Below are positions 1 through 9,783 of a stretch of 64,000 nucleotides of DNA, in pieces. The translations under genes and the position numbers were made by a program. Below the pieces are notes generated by a model that searched no databases, had not been told where the DNA came from, and saw only the letters and a list, made by a program, of their open reading frames with translations. Numbering within the stretch: the stretch's first letter is position 1; each line of letters opens with the position of its first letter. Source of the DNA: a virus (Duplodnaviria > Heunggongvirae > Uroviricota > Caudoviricetes). Location of the stretch: the IMG/VR virus record IMGVR_UViG_3300035696_000002. One strand, written 5' to 3'.

Positions 1-39
1 TGCGATTCTCGCACGGGCGACGTTTCCTAAGTTGGGCTA

Positions 40-477
40 ATGGGCCGACGTAAAGACATCCCGAATGTGGTGAAGCTGCCGGACGAGCGGCACGGCCCGG
101 TATGGATGGACGGCTCCAACAACGAGTACGAGGAAGTCCGGGATGCTTTCATCGGAGCCCTGCGGGTGTTCTTCCCCAAGATCGACTACCGCAAGCCGAC
201 TTACGGCACGCAAGCCTATGAGCAGTACAAGGACATGGTTTGCATCCCGGACATCAAGGAATTTTACGGCACCGGGTTCATGCCCACGTACCACCAGATG
301 ACGCCGGAGCAGCAGGAAGCGGCCAACCGTCTGTACATTGTGATCGGTCACGCTATTTGGGCGGCGTACAACCATGGTCAGGATAACGGACGCAACCTGC
401 TCCTCGGACTGGCCAAGGGTGAAGTGAGTTTCGAAGATTACAATCAGGGAGTCCGCCTGAAACGGGAGGAAGAGTAG
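40..477 (+). CDS. hypothetical phage protein
   Basis: ATG-initiated ORF in a tightly packed + strand run. Confidence 0.7.
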   Translation: MGRRKDIPNVVKLPDERHGPVWMDGSNNEYEEVRDAFIGALRVFFPKIDYRKPTYGTQAYEQYKDMVCIPDIKEFYGTGFMPTYHQMTPEQQEAANRLYIVIGHAIWAAYNHGQDNGRNLLLGLAKGEVSFEDYNQGVRLKREEE

Positions 478-478
478 T

Positions 479-880
479 ATGGGTGCGATACTGGAAACCA
501 AAGACGATCTCCTCGGGCTGGAAGAACGCCGGGAGTCGTTCATCATCGTCGATATACAACGCAAGTATCCCCACGAATTGCCACAGCGAACGAAAGCCTA
601 CTCGTTGGGCAAAACTCTCAAGACGGGTGCCTATCCCTCGTACACCTATCAGGTGAAAAAGTTCAACGATGTTTTTCTCGACTGCGGCTCCGACGAATTC
701 AAGGCCGAACAGATCGTCGCCGGGCTCAACAAGTTGGATGAGCCGGATCACATATCCGGTTTGTCTGAGCACATTTTCGCCAATCAAGATGGCGAGATTG
801 AGATGAGCAAGGAATTCCTCCGCAGGCTGGTGGATTTCTTCGACGACATCAAGAACAAAAAGTACTTGAAGGAGCGATAA
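479..880 (+). CDS. hypothetical phage protein
   Basis: Abuts neighbours; TAATG overlap with next gene. Confidence 0.7.
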   Translation: MGAILETKDDLLGLEERRESFIIVDIQRKYPHELPQRTKAYSLGKTLKTGAYPSYTYQVKKFNDVFLDCGSDEFKAEQIVAGLNKLDEPDHISGLSEHIFANQDGEIEMSKEFLRRLVDFFDDIKNKKYLKER

Positions 881-1098
881 TGCGGGCGGACACAAAAAAG
901 CGGGTCATTGCGGCTTATAAGCATCTGCTTGACCTGACGGAATCGCTGAAATTCGCGGCACAGGGCTGCACCACCCACCATGCCCCTGAGGATTTCGCAG
1001 CGTGGATTCTCATCAGGCAGGTGGAAGACGCCATCAGAGCGGGCGACATGGTATCGAAATTGGGTGCCGTGGCTCAAATTGCGGAGAACGAGAAATGA
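880..1098 (+). CDS. hypothetical protein
   Basis: GGAG SD; coupled to both neighbours. Confidence 0.6.
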   Translation: MRADTKKRVIAAYKHLLDLTESLKFAAQGCTTHHAPEDFAAWILIRQVEDAIRAGDMVSKLGAVAQIAENEK

Positions 1099-1409
1099 AC
1101 ACCAACGACGTGGGCTGGAGGCTGGCAACCATGAACGAGATCAAAGACGAGGAAGGGTACGCAGGGACGACCCACACGACACCGGAGCGGTTGCTCCCGA
1201 AAGCAGCCCCGGTGCCGCCGACTGAGGGCTGGTCGTACCTTTTCAACTCCCCGAAGTGGCACTACTTCCGGGCCGGGCGTTCCCTGTGCAAACGCTGGAT
1301 GATCCTTGGCCGGGGCGAATTCGAGCAGGGAAAGGATAACAGCCCGGACAACTGCAAGGCCTGCATCAAGGCCGTGGAAAAGGAGAAGGCCCGTGCAGCC
1401 GGGAAATGA
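1095..1409 (+). CDS. hypothetical protein (His/Cys motif)
   Basis: ATGA overlap; KWHYF..SLC..CKAC. Confidence 0.65.
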   Translation: MNTNDVGWRLATMNEIKDEEGYAGTTHTTPERLLPKAAPVPPTEGWSYLFNSPKWHYFRAGRSLCKRWMILGRGEFEQGKDNSPDNCKACIKAVEKEKARAAGK

Positions 1410-1824
1410 GGCAGCAACACTGGAGCAGGCTATCGCTCTATTTGCCGAGTACAACCAGCGGTGGAGCAAACAGCGATTCGCCCTGTACGAGTGCGAGACC
1501 GCAACCGGGGAGTTCCTTCGTTTCCTGAATCAGTTTCCCGGCTTGGTGACCTCTACCAAGGCTCAGCGATACGAGTTTGGCGTCGATAGGTACGAATCAC
1601 AGCGGAACCCGGCCCCCAAGATTTTCACGGGCGGAAGCAATGAAACAGGAAGCCATCGGGCAGGCTGGCATTGCATCGTTGAGACCGAAACATGCTTGAT
1701 TGATTGGACAGCCCGGCAGTATACTGAAAGGGCACCGTTCCCGTTCATCATGCCGAGGCTGGACGAAGATGAACCGTTGTTTTACCTGAAAGAGAGGTTT
1801 CCCGAATGGCATCGGTTGTTATAA
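1306..1824 (+). CDS. hypothetical protein, possible transglutaminase/papain-like fold (start uncertain)
   Basis: Cys..HC..IDWTARQY pattern. Confidence 0.5.
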   Translation: MAGANSSRERITARTTARPASRPWKRRRPVQPGNEAATLEQAIALFAEYNQRWSKQRFALYECETATGEFLRFLNQFPGLVTSTKAQRYEFGVDRYESQRNPAPKIFTGGSNETGSHRAGWHCIVETETCLIDWTARQYTERAPFPFIMPRLDEDEPLFYLKERFPEWHRLL

Positions 1825-2150
1825 GCACCGACGATCTGATGACGATCATCAAGAACTCCCGGCTCAGCCCGGAGCAAGTTCTGGAGATCACCAAACTCAA
1901 ATGCCAGCCACTCCTGACGCCGGAGACGCTTGTCAAGATCGCCCGCGACATGAAGGGCGGCTACCTCGCCAGCGGGCTGAAAGAGAAATTCGCCCGCAAT
2001 TTCAGTCACAGCGAAGTGAAGCTGACTCGCCGGGACATTGATGTCACCGCCGACGCTCTGAAATTCAACGCATTCTTCGTGCCCACCTATGTTTACAACG
2101 AGGCGTGGGCTTTGGTCGAAAAGGAAAACGATGAGTCTCTGTCCAAGTAA
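1806..2150 (+). CDS. hypothetical protein
   Basis: GAGG SD; packed ORF. Confidence 0.6.
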   Translation: MASVVISTDDLMTIIKNSRLSPEQVLEITKLKCQPLLTPETLVKIARDMKGGYLASGLKEKFARNFSHSEVKLTRRDIDVTADALKFNAFFVPTYVYNEAWALVEKENDESLSK

Positions 2151-2700
2151 CGCCATCGCCGAACAAGTCAACGGCGGACAGAAAGTGTTTGCCAATGTCG
2201 CCCGGCGTATCTGCCGGGACAACCCCGAGTACCCGTACAATGCGATTCTGCTACCTGAGGCTCAGTCGATTGCCGATGAAGTGGACGCCATCATCCGTCA
2301 GGAATTGATCGACGCTGGCATCCCCGCCAAAGTAACCGCAGACGGCAACGCGGGCATCATGGATATGTCCTTCGGCAAGCTTGAAAATGTGCGGCTGGCG
2401 AACGGATACTTCCCGGAAGTCCCATCGAAATTGGTGGGGTTCATTCATCGCTGGAAATTCGAACGCTCGTGGTACTACTACCGAGCCGAAGGCTCTGGTA
2501 TTCCACCCGAATTTGCCATTGAATTCGACAAAAAGTGGGGCCGTGAAGTGCGGGTTAACGGTGATTGTGCCTGCCGTGGAGCCGCGTTTTGGGGCGACGG
2601 TTTCGCCATCGACAGCTACCATATCGACACGCCGGGCGGGCTGAAAGCGTTCATCGAACTGCTGGCCACGATTCACAAACCACACCCGAGGGAAGAGTAA
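2131..2700 (+). CDS. hypothetical phage protein
   Basis: Long ORF with SD; WKFERSWYYY motif. Confidence 0.7.
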   Translation: MSLCPSNAIAEQVNGGQKVFANVARRICRDNPEYPYNAILLPEAQSIADEVDAIIRQELIDAGIPAKVTADGNAGIMDMSFGKLENVRLANGYFPEVPSKLVGFIHRWKFERSWYYYRAEGSGIPPEFAIEFDKKWGREVRVNGDCACRGAAFWGDGFAIDSYHIDTPGGLKAFIELLATIHKPHPREE

Positions 2701-2893
2701 TGGGGCTGGTAGCGTTCAGCATCGAACTCGAAAGCACGTGCGGTCGCTGCGGCGGTCGCGGACGGCTGCCCAAGATGGTGCAAGGAATTCCGGTCGCCAA
2801 TCAGACCGTCCAGTGTGCCTCCTGCAAGGGCAAAGGCACCCTTGAGAACGAATGGAACCGCCTACTGTTGCCCGAACTGATGGAGACGCGACC

Positions 2894-3280
2894 GTGATTC
2901 CCAACCTCTCACTTACGCAGGCCCTTGAAATCTACGAAGAACTGCTCGAAGCTTATCAGGGCACGAATGGGTTCGGCGGCAACGTCGCGGAAATCTACGC
3001 ATACCGTCTTTCCCCGGAAGACCCCTCGGCTGAAGTTGCTTATCGGAAAATGAATGAGATCAAGCCGGGTGATTTACTCCATACGGCCTTGATCGAACGC
3101 GGCATGATCGCTGCTTACAACCTGAAAATCCTGATTGAGTTTTTCATCAAACGTCATGAGGACGCGAAGGTCACAATCGAAATGTACGACGACAAAAAGA
3201 AAACATGGATTTTCGCTCCGTATAAAAAAGTCCTCAAGACGCCATTCATCCATCGCTGCCATGTTAGAATAGAGCAGTGA
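2894..3280 (+). CDS. hypothetical protein
   Basis: GTGA overlap start. Confidence 0.6.
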   Translation: MIPNLSLTQALEIYEELLEAYQGTNGFGGNVAEIYAYRLSPEDPSAEVAYRKMNEIKPGDLLHTALIERGMIAAYNLKILIEFFIKRHEDAKVTIEMYDDKKKTWIFAPYKKVLKTPFIHRCHVRIEQ

Positions 3281-3501
3281 TCCTGATCTGGGCTGCAAAC
3301 GCCACATTACTAGCTTCTGTCTGGCTCCTCGGTAGGAAGTCCTTCAAACTAGGTTGGGCTGCAAACCTCCTCGGTGATCTGATGTACACCTACGCCTCGC
3401 TGTATCTGATGCAGCCGAGGCACTGGGACATCGCTTCGTTCAATATCACGATTGCCTGTTTTGCAGCATGGAACCTATGGAAAACGTATACGACAAGCTA
3501 G
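3277..3501 (+). CDS. small membrane protein, PnuC-like
   Basis: Three hydrophobic segments; W..G.K....GW pattern. Confidence 0.5.
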   Translation: MILIWAANATLLASVWLLGRKSFKLGWAANLLGDLMYTYASLYLMQPRHWDIASFNITIACFAAWNLWKTYTTS

Positions 3502-4298
3502 TCAACGTCCTGCTCAAGAACAAATTCCCGTACACCGACAGCCTGATCCACGCTTTTGTGGGCGGCTCCGGCCTCCACGGGGCTCAGGTTAAGGCCGGGC
3601 ATGACGACGACTTCTTTGGCATCTTCATCGAACCGCCGAACAAGGTGATCGGTCTGCACGAATACCAGCACTATGTCTGGAGCACGAGCGGCGACCATGA
3701 GCGGAATGTCCCCGGCGACGTGGACATCTGCCTCTACTCGCTCCGCAAGTGGGCACGGCTGGCAAGCGGCGGCAACCCCACCGCCTTGGGGTACCTCTTT
3801 GTGCCGCCTGAGCGATTGCTTGATCTCGATTCTGGCGGATTCATCAAGCGGTATAGCTGGCTCACCGTCCTCCAAAACCGTGACCTGTTTATTTCCCGCA
3901 CGTGCGTGAAATCATTCGAGGGATTCGCCCGGCATCAGCTTGAGCGGATCACTGGCGAGAGGGGCCTTGGGAAACACGGGCAGCGACCGGAACTCGAAGA
4001 GAAGTTCGGGTATGACGTGAAAGCGGCAATGCACGTCATTCGCCTGCTGGGTGAAGGGATCGAAATCCTTGAACACGGGAACATCACCTACCCGCGTCCG
4101 AATAAAGGAATCCTGATCGCGATTCGTTCAGGAAAGTACGAGTTGTCGTTCATCAAGGAAATGGCTGACGTTCTGTTCGCCGACCTTGAACGGGCGGCAC
4201 GGGAATCAACATTACCTGACAACGTAGACACGGAGAAAATCTCCGATCTTCTCACCAAGGTTTACGTTGACTTCTGGGAAGACCATGGCCTTATCTGA
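3477..4298 (+). CDS. nucleotidyltransferase, RlaP/YcgL-like family
   Basis: GGSGLHG..DDD motif, GNPT, GYDVKAAMHVIRLL. Confidence 0.8.
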   Translation: MENVYDKLVNVLLKNKFPYTDSLIHAFVGGSGLHGAQVKAGHDDDFFGIFIEPPNKVIGLHEYQHYVWSTSGDHERNVPGDVDICLYSLRKWARLASGGNPTALGYLFVPPERLLDLDSGGFIKRYSWLTVLQNRDLFISRTCVKSFEGFARHQLERITGERGLGKHGQRPELEEKFGYDVKAAMHVIRLLGEGIEILEHGNITYPRPNKGILIAIRSGKYELSFIKEMADVLFADLERAARESTLPDNVDTEKISDLLTKVYVDFWEDHGLI

Positions 4299-4810
4299 AA
4301 TTTCCCAGAAGGATTTCAAAATACTGGACGACTGGGATATCGTGTTAGACGGAACGTCAGACTACAAAGGACAATCCTCGATAAGCCCAGTCGTACCTAT
4401 GGCCGTGATCTATGCATGGCCAGCGGACTCCCCGGAGCCCGAAGATTTCAGACTGCACGAATACTTGCACATTGCTTTGAGTGCATTCAGGCGTATTCCC
4501 GAAGAGGGACGGTACGATGCTGAGGAGGCCCTTGTGCAAGACATTTGTCGCTTATTCCGGGAGCGAAAATGAGACCAATGTGCGGCGTTACCTTCTCCCC
4601 GGAAGGCAACATAAACTTCCAAATCTCCGACCCTGATGGCAAGGTACTTGAATTCCCGGTAGGCCGGGTCTGTGGCAAGCCAGCGGTCGATTTTATTGAG
4701 TTCGTCGGGTGCGGCAGGACATGGTTGTGTGCAGAACATTTTGACGAGTGGAAAGTCTGTGCAAAGACAGCCGAAGACGTACTGACTAAGATATCGGAGA
4801 CTTTGAAGTA

Positions 4811-5095
4811 ATGGGCAACGAACTGAGGGCATGCGAACTTTGTGACCGGGAGCGGTACGACATCACCGGGCACCATCTCATTCCCCGGACACTGCACAAC
4901 AATAAAAAAGTTCAGGCAACTTTCCCAAGAGCAGTATTGAACATCACAGTTCCACTCTGTAAGCCCTGCCACAAACAAATTCACGAACTCATAAGCGAAA
5001 AAGACCTTGGCTGGGAGTATAATACAGTTGAAAAGCTGAAGGCACACCCCGAGGTCGCCAAGTGGATCGCGTGGGTGAGAAAGAAAACATTCTGA
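4811..5095 (+). CDS. small HNH endonuclease-like protein
   Basis: CELC..HHLIPR..LCKPCHKQIH. Confidence 0.8.
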   Translation: MGNELRACELCDRERYDITGHHLIPRTLHNNKKVQATFPRAVLNITVPLCKPCHKQIHELISEKDLGWEYNTVEKLKAHPEVAKWIAWVRKKTF

Positions 5096-6157
5096 TGGAC
5101 AACGAAGGATTCACTTCGATGGAGTTTGAAAAACTCAAAGCGATGCTGGAACGGTCTGGCATTCCGTTCACGGTGGAAGACACCGGAGAAAGGCTCGAAT
5201 ACTTCAAGGTGCCGGGCGGGAAAATTATTCATCTTGAAGTCGGCACCCACGACCATGACAAGCTGGTGGGCTACCTCGGCTTCATGGCCGAGTTCATGTT
5301 CGACGCGAACGGCTCGCTAGTCAAAGCGGGAATTTGGGAATGAGCGTAAAACTTTTAAGGGAGCCATTCACCGCCACAAAGTTTGATGGCACCAAATACT
5401 TTACTGTCATCGCCACAGGCAATGGCATGATTGTTCAGAATCTTCGCCGCAAGAAACCAGCTATAGAACTCGCACGACTTATGAACGAGGCCTTCAAACT
5501 CGGGTATGATTCTGGTTTCAAAAACGGACGGGCGAAACGAATCGTCGCCTTCGACTTTTAAGGAACAAAGATGAGTGAATGCACACACTTTCAGAAAATA
5601 CACCTTTGCAGTAACGGCCCCTCCAGCGGAGGCTCCTACTTCTGGTGCCCTAACTGCGGATGTCTGGGGCGTGAACGATCCATAGTGCGGCAACGACAAC
5701 TGTTCGTTGAACTGTTGTGGCGGAGTCCCGACGCAGAGTTTGTCGATCCTGATTTCCCGGAACGCTTGGCCCTGACCTAATGCGAAAAACTGGTGCCCGT
5801 AAAACACGCCGGAGCGAATTGACGAAGCAGCAACTCGTCAAATTGGCCATGAACAAAGTGCGTGGGTTGAACAAGAAGGAACTGCGGAAATTTGTGTTCG
5901 ACACGAATTGCTGCCCCCACGAGAACACGCACCCCTGCGGGATGGACACGGTCTGTAGCGACTGCGGAGATTGGGTATGATCCGCATCAACGTCGCTCTG
6001 AAGCCCTGCAAATGGTGCACGGACGAGAAGAGAATGTGGTTCAAGCACGTAGGCTACTATGCTGGTATCTACGGGGCAGAAACGATCATCCCCAAATGGC
6101 TCAAATGTCTTTGGTGCGGGAGACTTGTTGATTACACCGAAATCTGGGAGCGAGCCC

Positions 6158-6601
6158 ATGCCAGCAACGCCTGAACAACTCGCCGCACTCGCCGCCATCA
6201 TCCGGGCAAAAGAAAATCGCGTGTGTCCGCATGGGCCGCTCATCGTCGAAGGTATGAAACTCCGGTGTGAGCCGCACTACGATGAGTCCGCCTACCACGC
6301 GGAAGACCCGGCACTCGACACCCAATATCAGCGGGAAGAGGACGAGTACGCGGCCCGCGAGGTTCTTGGGCGGCTGGTTCTCTACCTCTACCCGACAGTA
6401 CCGGAACAGTGGCAGGATCGGGACTTCGTTAAGACTTGGCAGGCGTACCTGATGTTCTTGTACAAGCCAATCGCTAAGCATTACAACGTGGACGCGGACG
6501 CTCTGTTGAGCAGCTTCAATCGCCATTACCTGCCGTCAATCATTATGCGGGAGTATGGCGAGGCAGAGGCAGTTAAATTCATGATGGGGGCAAAACAATG
6601 A
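6158..6601 (+). CDS. hypothetical protein
   Basis: GGGAG SD, ATG. Confidence 0.65.
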   Translation: MPATPEQLAALAAIIRAKENRVCPHGPLIVEGMKLRCEPHYDESAYHAEDPALDTQYQREEDEYAAREVLGRLVLYLYPTVPEQWQDRDFVKTWQAYLMFLYKPIAKHYNVDADALLSSFNRHYLPSIIMREYGEAEAVKFMMGAKQ

Positions 6602-6699
6602 CGCCGTTTTTATGGAAACTCGCCGACATCTTGGTGTACCCAGTGGTGATCGGCGGCGTGATGTGGATCATGTGGAAAGTTCGCTGGAGCAAATTCTAA

Positions 6700-7089
6700 A
6701 TGCCGAAGTTCGTCATCGAAGCTGGGGCCATCGAGCTTGTCCGGGGCCGTCCCATCGAGGTCGAGATCGAAACGGGCGGTGCCATTACCGCACTGACGAA
6801 GCTGGGCCTCACTGTTTGGGAGCGGGACAAGTGGGATGCGACAGTAGCAAAGATCAAGGAAACTATGGATTTTGATTTCCCTGAGCCTATCGTAACGAAC
6901 CTCACGGTGCCCGGCTACATGCTGCTCTTGGATTTCTACAACGCCGTCGCCTACCTGACCCTCCACCACGACGTACTGGGCGGCGAAGTCGGCGACAAGG
7001 TACTCGGCGAGACGGCGGTGGTTTATCCATCAAAACTTGGCCCGCTGCTTGAGGCCGTGGACAAAGAATGGTGGAAGAGGAAGCCATGA
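6700..7089 (+). CDS. hypothetical protein
   Basis: Packed ORF. Confidence 0.6.
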   Translation: MPKFVIEAGAIELVRGRPIEVEIETGGAITALTKLGLTVWERDKWDATVAKIKETMDFDFPEPIVTNLTVPGYMLLLDFYNAVAYLTLHHDVLGGEVGDKVLGETAVVYPSKLGPLLEAVDKEWWKRKP

Positions 7090-7727
7090 TTAAACTACCC
7101 AGCGATGAATTCATTTTCAAGGTTCGGGCCATGACCGACGAAGAGTTGATCGCCGCCTACAAGGAAGCCCGCACTTGCATGGACAACCTTGAAGTGGAAC
7201 GGATGAACTGCTGGAACCGCATGATGGAGATTCACAAATTGCAGGACGACATCGGCGGCGAGATGCAGGCTTTGGCCGTCAATCTTCACTACGTCCGCAA
7301 GCTGAAGTTGGAACGATGAGAAACCTAATGAGCGAATTTGACAGGTTGAAAGCACAGAAAGAGCAGTTCGAGCAGCGGGAGGTTTGCCGGATCATCAATG
7401 TCCTCCGGCAGGCCTTCGTGAAGATCGCAAACGGGGCCGAGGCCATGAAGTTCGAGGACGCCGTCCACGCGGTCTACCCATTCGCCACAGACTGGATTCC
7501 GCCGAGTCAGGAACCGCCGACACAGGGATAACCATGGGACTACGACCAATGCCGATGATGCCGCTGCCCAACTCCCCGAAGGAGCACTGGGAAAAGTACT
7601 ACGCCGCTATGCGGCGGATGCAGTACGTCGCCGGGCTACAGATGCGAGTTCTCGCTATCGGGATCGGGCTCAGCATCGGCCTTGCAATCGCCCTGATCGC
7701 CATCGCAAAATAATTTTTCGCCAGTAG

Positions 7728-7756
7728 TTGACATTTTCCGAAATACCCAGTACTAT
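7728..7756 (+). promoter_or_regulatory. sigma70-type promoter of the tRNA operon
   Basis: TTGACA-17 nt-TACTAT. Confidence 0.85.
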
Positions 7757-7793
7757 ACAGAGAGTCAGCAAACTGCTGGCCCGAGACACTACC

Positions 7794-7892
7794 ATGACCT
7801 CAATGAAACATAATACGGTCGCACGAAAGCAGTGGCGGAATCGTCGCCACGACGGCGTTGGTCTGTCCTCGGACACGGAGTTTGGGAAGTAA
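7794..7892 (+). CDS. attenuator leader peptide MTSMKHNTVARKQWRNRRHDGVGLSSDTEFGK
   Basis: 32-codon ORF between promoter and terminator; core enriched in K/H/N/R/Q/W codons. Confidence 0.75.
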   Translation: MTSMKHNTVARKQWRNRRHDGVGLSSDTEFGK

Positions 7893-7933
7893 ACAAAGCA
7901 ACCAAACCCAAAACGAGAGCAAACAGACCCGCC
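7854..7933 (+). promoter_or_regulatory. putative antiterminator helix
   Basis: GGCG/CGCC, GGTCTGT/ACAGACC, CTCG/CGAG, TTTGGG/CCCAAA pairings; overlaps the terminator 5' arm. Confidence 0.7.
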
Positions 7934-7958
7934 AAAAACTGGCGGGTTTTGCATTTTT
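7927..7958 (+). terminator. intrinsic terminator (attenuator)
   Basis: ACCCGCCA-loop-TGGCGGGT followed by TTTGCATTTTT. Confidence 0.85.
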
Positions 7959-7971
7959 AGTGGGAAAATTC

Positions 7972-8045
7972 GGGGGTGTCGGTTAATGGCAAACCAGCGG
8001 TCTCCAAAACCGTGACTGGGGGTTCAAGTCCCTCCACCCCCGCCA
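7972..8045 (+). tRNA. tRNA-Trp(CCA)
   Basis: Cloverleaf, anticodon loop CTCCAAA, encoded CCA. Confidence 0.95.
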
Positions 8046-8064
8046 AAAGATTGAGGCGGAGATT

Positions 8065-8692
8065 ATGGAATTGAAGATTGAACAGCAGACGCGAGGCACC
8101 CGCATCCTGCGGGGGGAGTCAGCTACCCGGAGGCGACTTCATCTCATCTAGTCTCGCAACAGCAGCGACGGCAGCCGGGTACGAGGAAATCGTACTCCCG
8201 TCGCTAGAGCCAGCCGCTCTCTACGCTGAAAAGGCTGGCCCTGAGATTCTGGGACAGATGTACTGCTTCCCGGACAAGAAAGGCAGGCAGTTGTGCCTGC
8301 GACCGGAAGGAACGGCGACCTGTCAGATACTCGCCGACACGGTAATGAAAATGGAGCGAGACGTGAAGCTCTGGTATCTGACGACCTGTTGGCGTTACGA
8401 ACGACCACAGGCTGGGCGGTACCGGGAGTTCACACAGTTCGGGGTGGAAATCCTGAACCCACGCGGCCCCGTCCGGGATGAGTTAGTGGCTTTGGCCGAA
8501 AGCATGGTGCGGCAGTTCACGGATCAGTATGAAGTGAACGCGGCAGTCAAGCGGGGGCTGGCCTACTACGTCGAGGATGGCTTCGAAATCAGTTGCCCGG
8601 CACTGGGGGCTCAGAAGCAAGTCTGCGGCGGCGGTTCATACAAGCAAGGCTGCGGTTTCGCAATTGGGGTAGATCGCATGATGCTTGTGTGA
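8065..8692 (+). CDS. histidyl-tRNA synthetase-like catalytic domain (no anticodon-binding domain); +1 frame break near 8137-8147
   Basis: RGTR N-terminus, GYEEIVLP, LRPEGT, WRYERPQAGRYREFTQFGVE, GGGSY, GFAIGVDR. Confidence 0.85.
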
Positions 8693-8697
8693 CGTAT

Positions 8698-8774
8698 GGT
8701 GGGCGTAGCTTAATGGTTAAAGCATCTGGCTGTGAACCAGAAGGTTGCGGGTTCGATTCCCGTCGCCCACCCCA
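8698..8774 (+). tRNA. tRNA-His(GTG)
   Basis: Cloverleaf, G-1/C73, CCA. Confidence 0.95.
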
Positions 8775-8785
8775 AAATTTTATAT

Positions 8786-8863
8786 GGTGTCATTGGTGTA
8801 GGGGCTTATCACGGCGGACTGTGAATCCGCTATTCGTGGGTTCGAATCCCACATGACACCCCA
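8786..8863 (+). tRNA. tRNA-His(GTG), second divergent copy
   Basis: Cloverleaf, G-1/C73, CCA. Confidence 0.9.
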
Positions 8864-8879
8864 AGATTGGAAGTGCACC

Positions 8880-9032
8880 ATGTGGTACGACGACAACGTG
8901 TGCGAAGTTTGCGGGTTGGAAAAGCCGGACGTTCGTGAACGCGAGTGCGGTTACTCGATGGAACTGACTGGCGAAGTGCACTTGGAAGTTATTTGCGATG
9001 ACTGCGAACACCAGCATTGCATGGACGTGTAG
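8880..9032 (+). CDS. small Cys-rich protein (50 aa)
   Basis: CEVC..CDDC; stop codon lies inside the next tRNA. Confidence 0.5.
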   Translation: MWYDDNVCEVCGLEKPDVRERECGYSMELTGEVHLEVICDDCEHQHCMDV

Positions 9033-9099
9033 CTCAGTTGGATAGAGCGTTCCCCTCCGAAGGGAAAGGTCGCAGGTTCGACTCCTGCCATGTCCACCA
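9023..9099 (+). tRNA. tRNA-Arg(CCG)
   Basis: Cloverleaf, loop CTCCGAA, CCA. Confidence 0.95.
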
Positions 9100-9103
9100 G
9101 TTT

Positions 9104-9343
9104 ATGAGTAGAACATTTACAATTCACGATACGGAACTCGCTACGTTCGAGAAGTTCAAGGCAGAGCACGAACCAAAGTGCGTCTACCACGGCGACACGA
9201 TGGCGAATCCGGGGCACATTCGGTACTTCACGCCGACATCGGCGTACACGATTATGTTCAAGCCGACAGGCGTCGGTGACGGCGTGCATGTGAAGTGCCT
9301 TTGCGGTGAAGAGGTAGACATCACCGATTACGAATTGTGGTAG
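9104..9343 (+). CDS. hypothetical protein
   Basis: ORF between tRNAs; PTGVG..VKC.CGEE.DITDY..W. Confidence 0.65.
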   Translation: MSRTFTIHDTELATFEKFKAEHEPKCVYHGDTMANPGHIRYFTPTSAYTIMFKPTGVGDGVHVKCLCGEEVDITDYELW

Positions 9344-9347
9344 TTTT

Positions 9348-9424
9348 GCTCGTGTAGCTCAACAGGAGAGAGCGTACCCCTGCGAAGGGTAAGATTTGTG
9401 GTTCGAGTCCACTCACGAGTACCA
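9348..9424 (+). tRNA. tRNA-Arg(GCG)
   Basis: Cloverleaf, loop CTGCGAA, CCA. Confidence 0.9.
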
Positions 9425-9435
9425 TTTTAGATTTT

Positions 9436-9513
9436 GCCCGGTTACCCATTGGACATGGGGCCTCGTCTTCGAAACGAGGACGCTCAAGGGTTCGAATCCC
9501 TTACCGGGTTCCA
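9436..9513 (+). tRNA. tRNA-Arg(TCG)
   Basis: Cloverleaf, loop CTTCGAA, CCA. Confidence 0.9.
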
Positions 9514-9589
9514 GATTTTGGTCTGACACACGCTGGTGTCAGCGTAAGCGAGGGTCGCCGTAATCAGTCGCCCTTCGGCCATGAAGTTT

Positions 9590-9666
9590 GTTTCCGTAGC
9601 TCAACTGGATAGAGTACGTGGCTACGAACCACGGGGTTGGGGGTTCGAATCCCTCCGGGAACACCA
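9590..9666 (+). tRNA. tRNA-Arg(ACG)
   Basis: Cloverleaf, loop CTACGAA, CCA. Confidence 0.95.
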
Positions 9667-9679
9667 GATGTTGTAACAT

Positions 9680-9766
9680 TGGGATGTAGAGCGTAATTGG
9701 TAGCGTGCACGGCTGTTAACCGTGTGTCGAAAGACCTTGTAGGTTCGAGCCCTACCGTCCCAGCCA
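9680..9766 (+). tRNA. tRNA-Asn(GTT) with long variable arm
   Basis: Loop CTGTTAA; variable hairpin GTC-GAAA-GAC; CCA. Confidence 0.88.
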
Positions 9767-9783
9767 AATTCATAGGAGGCGTT

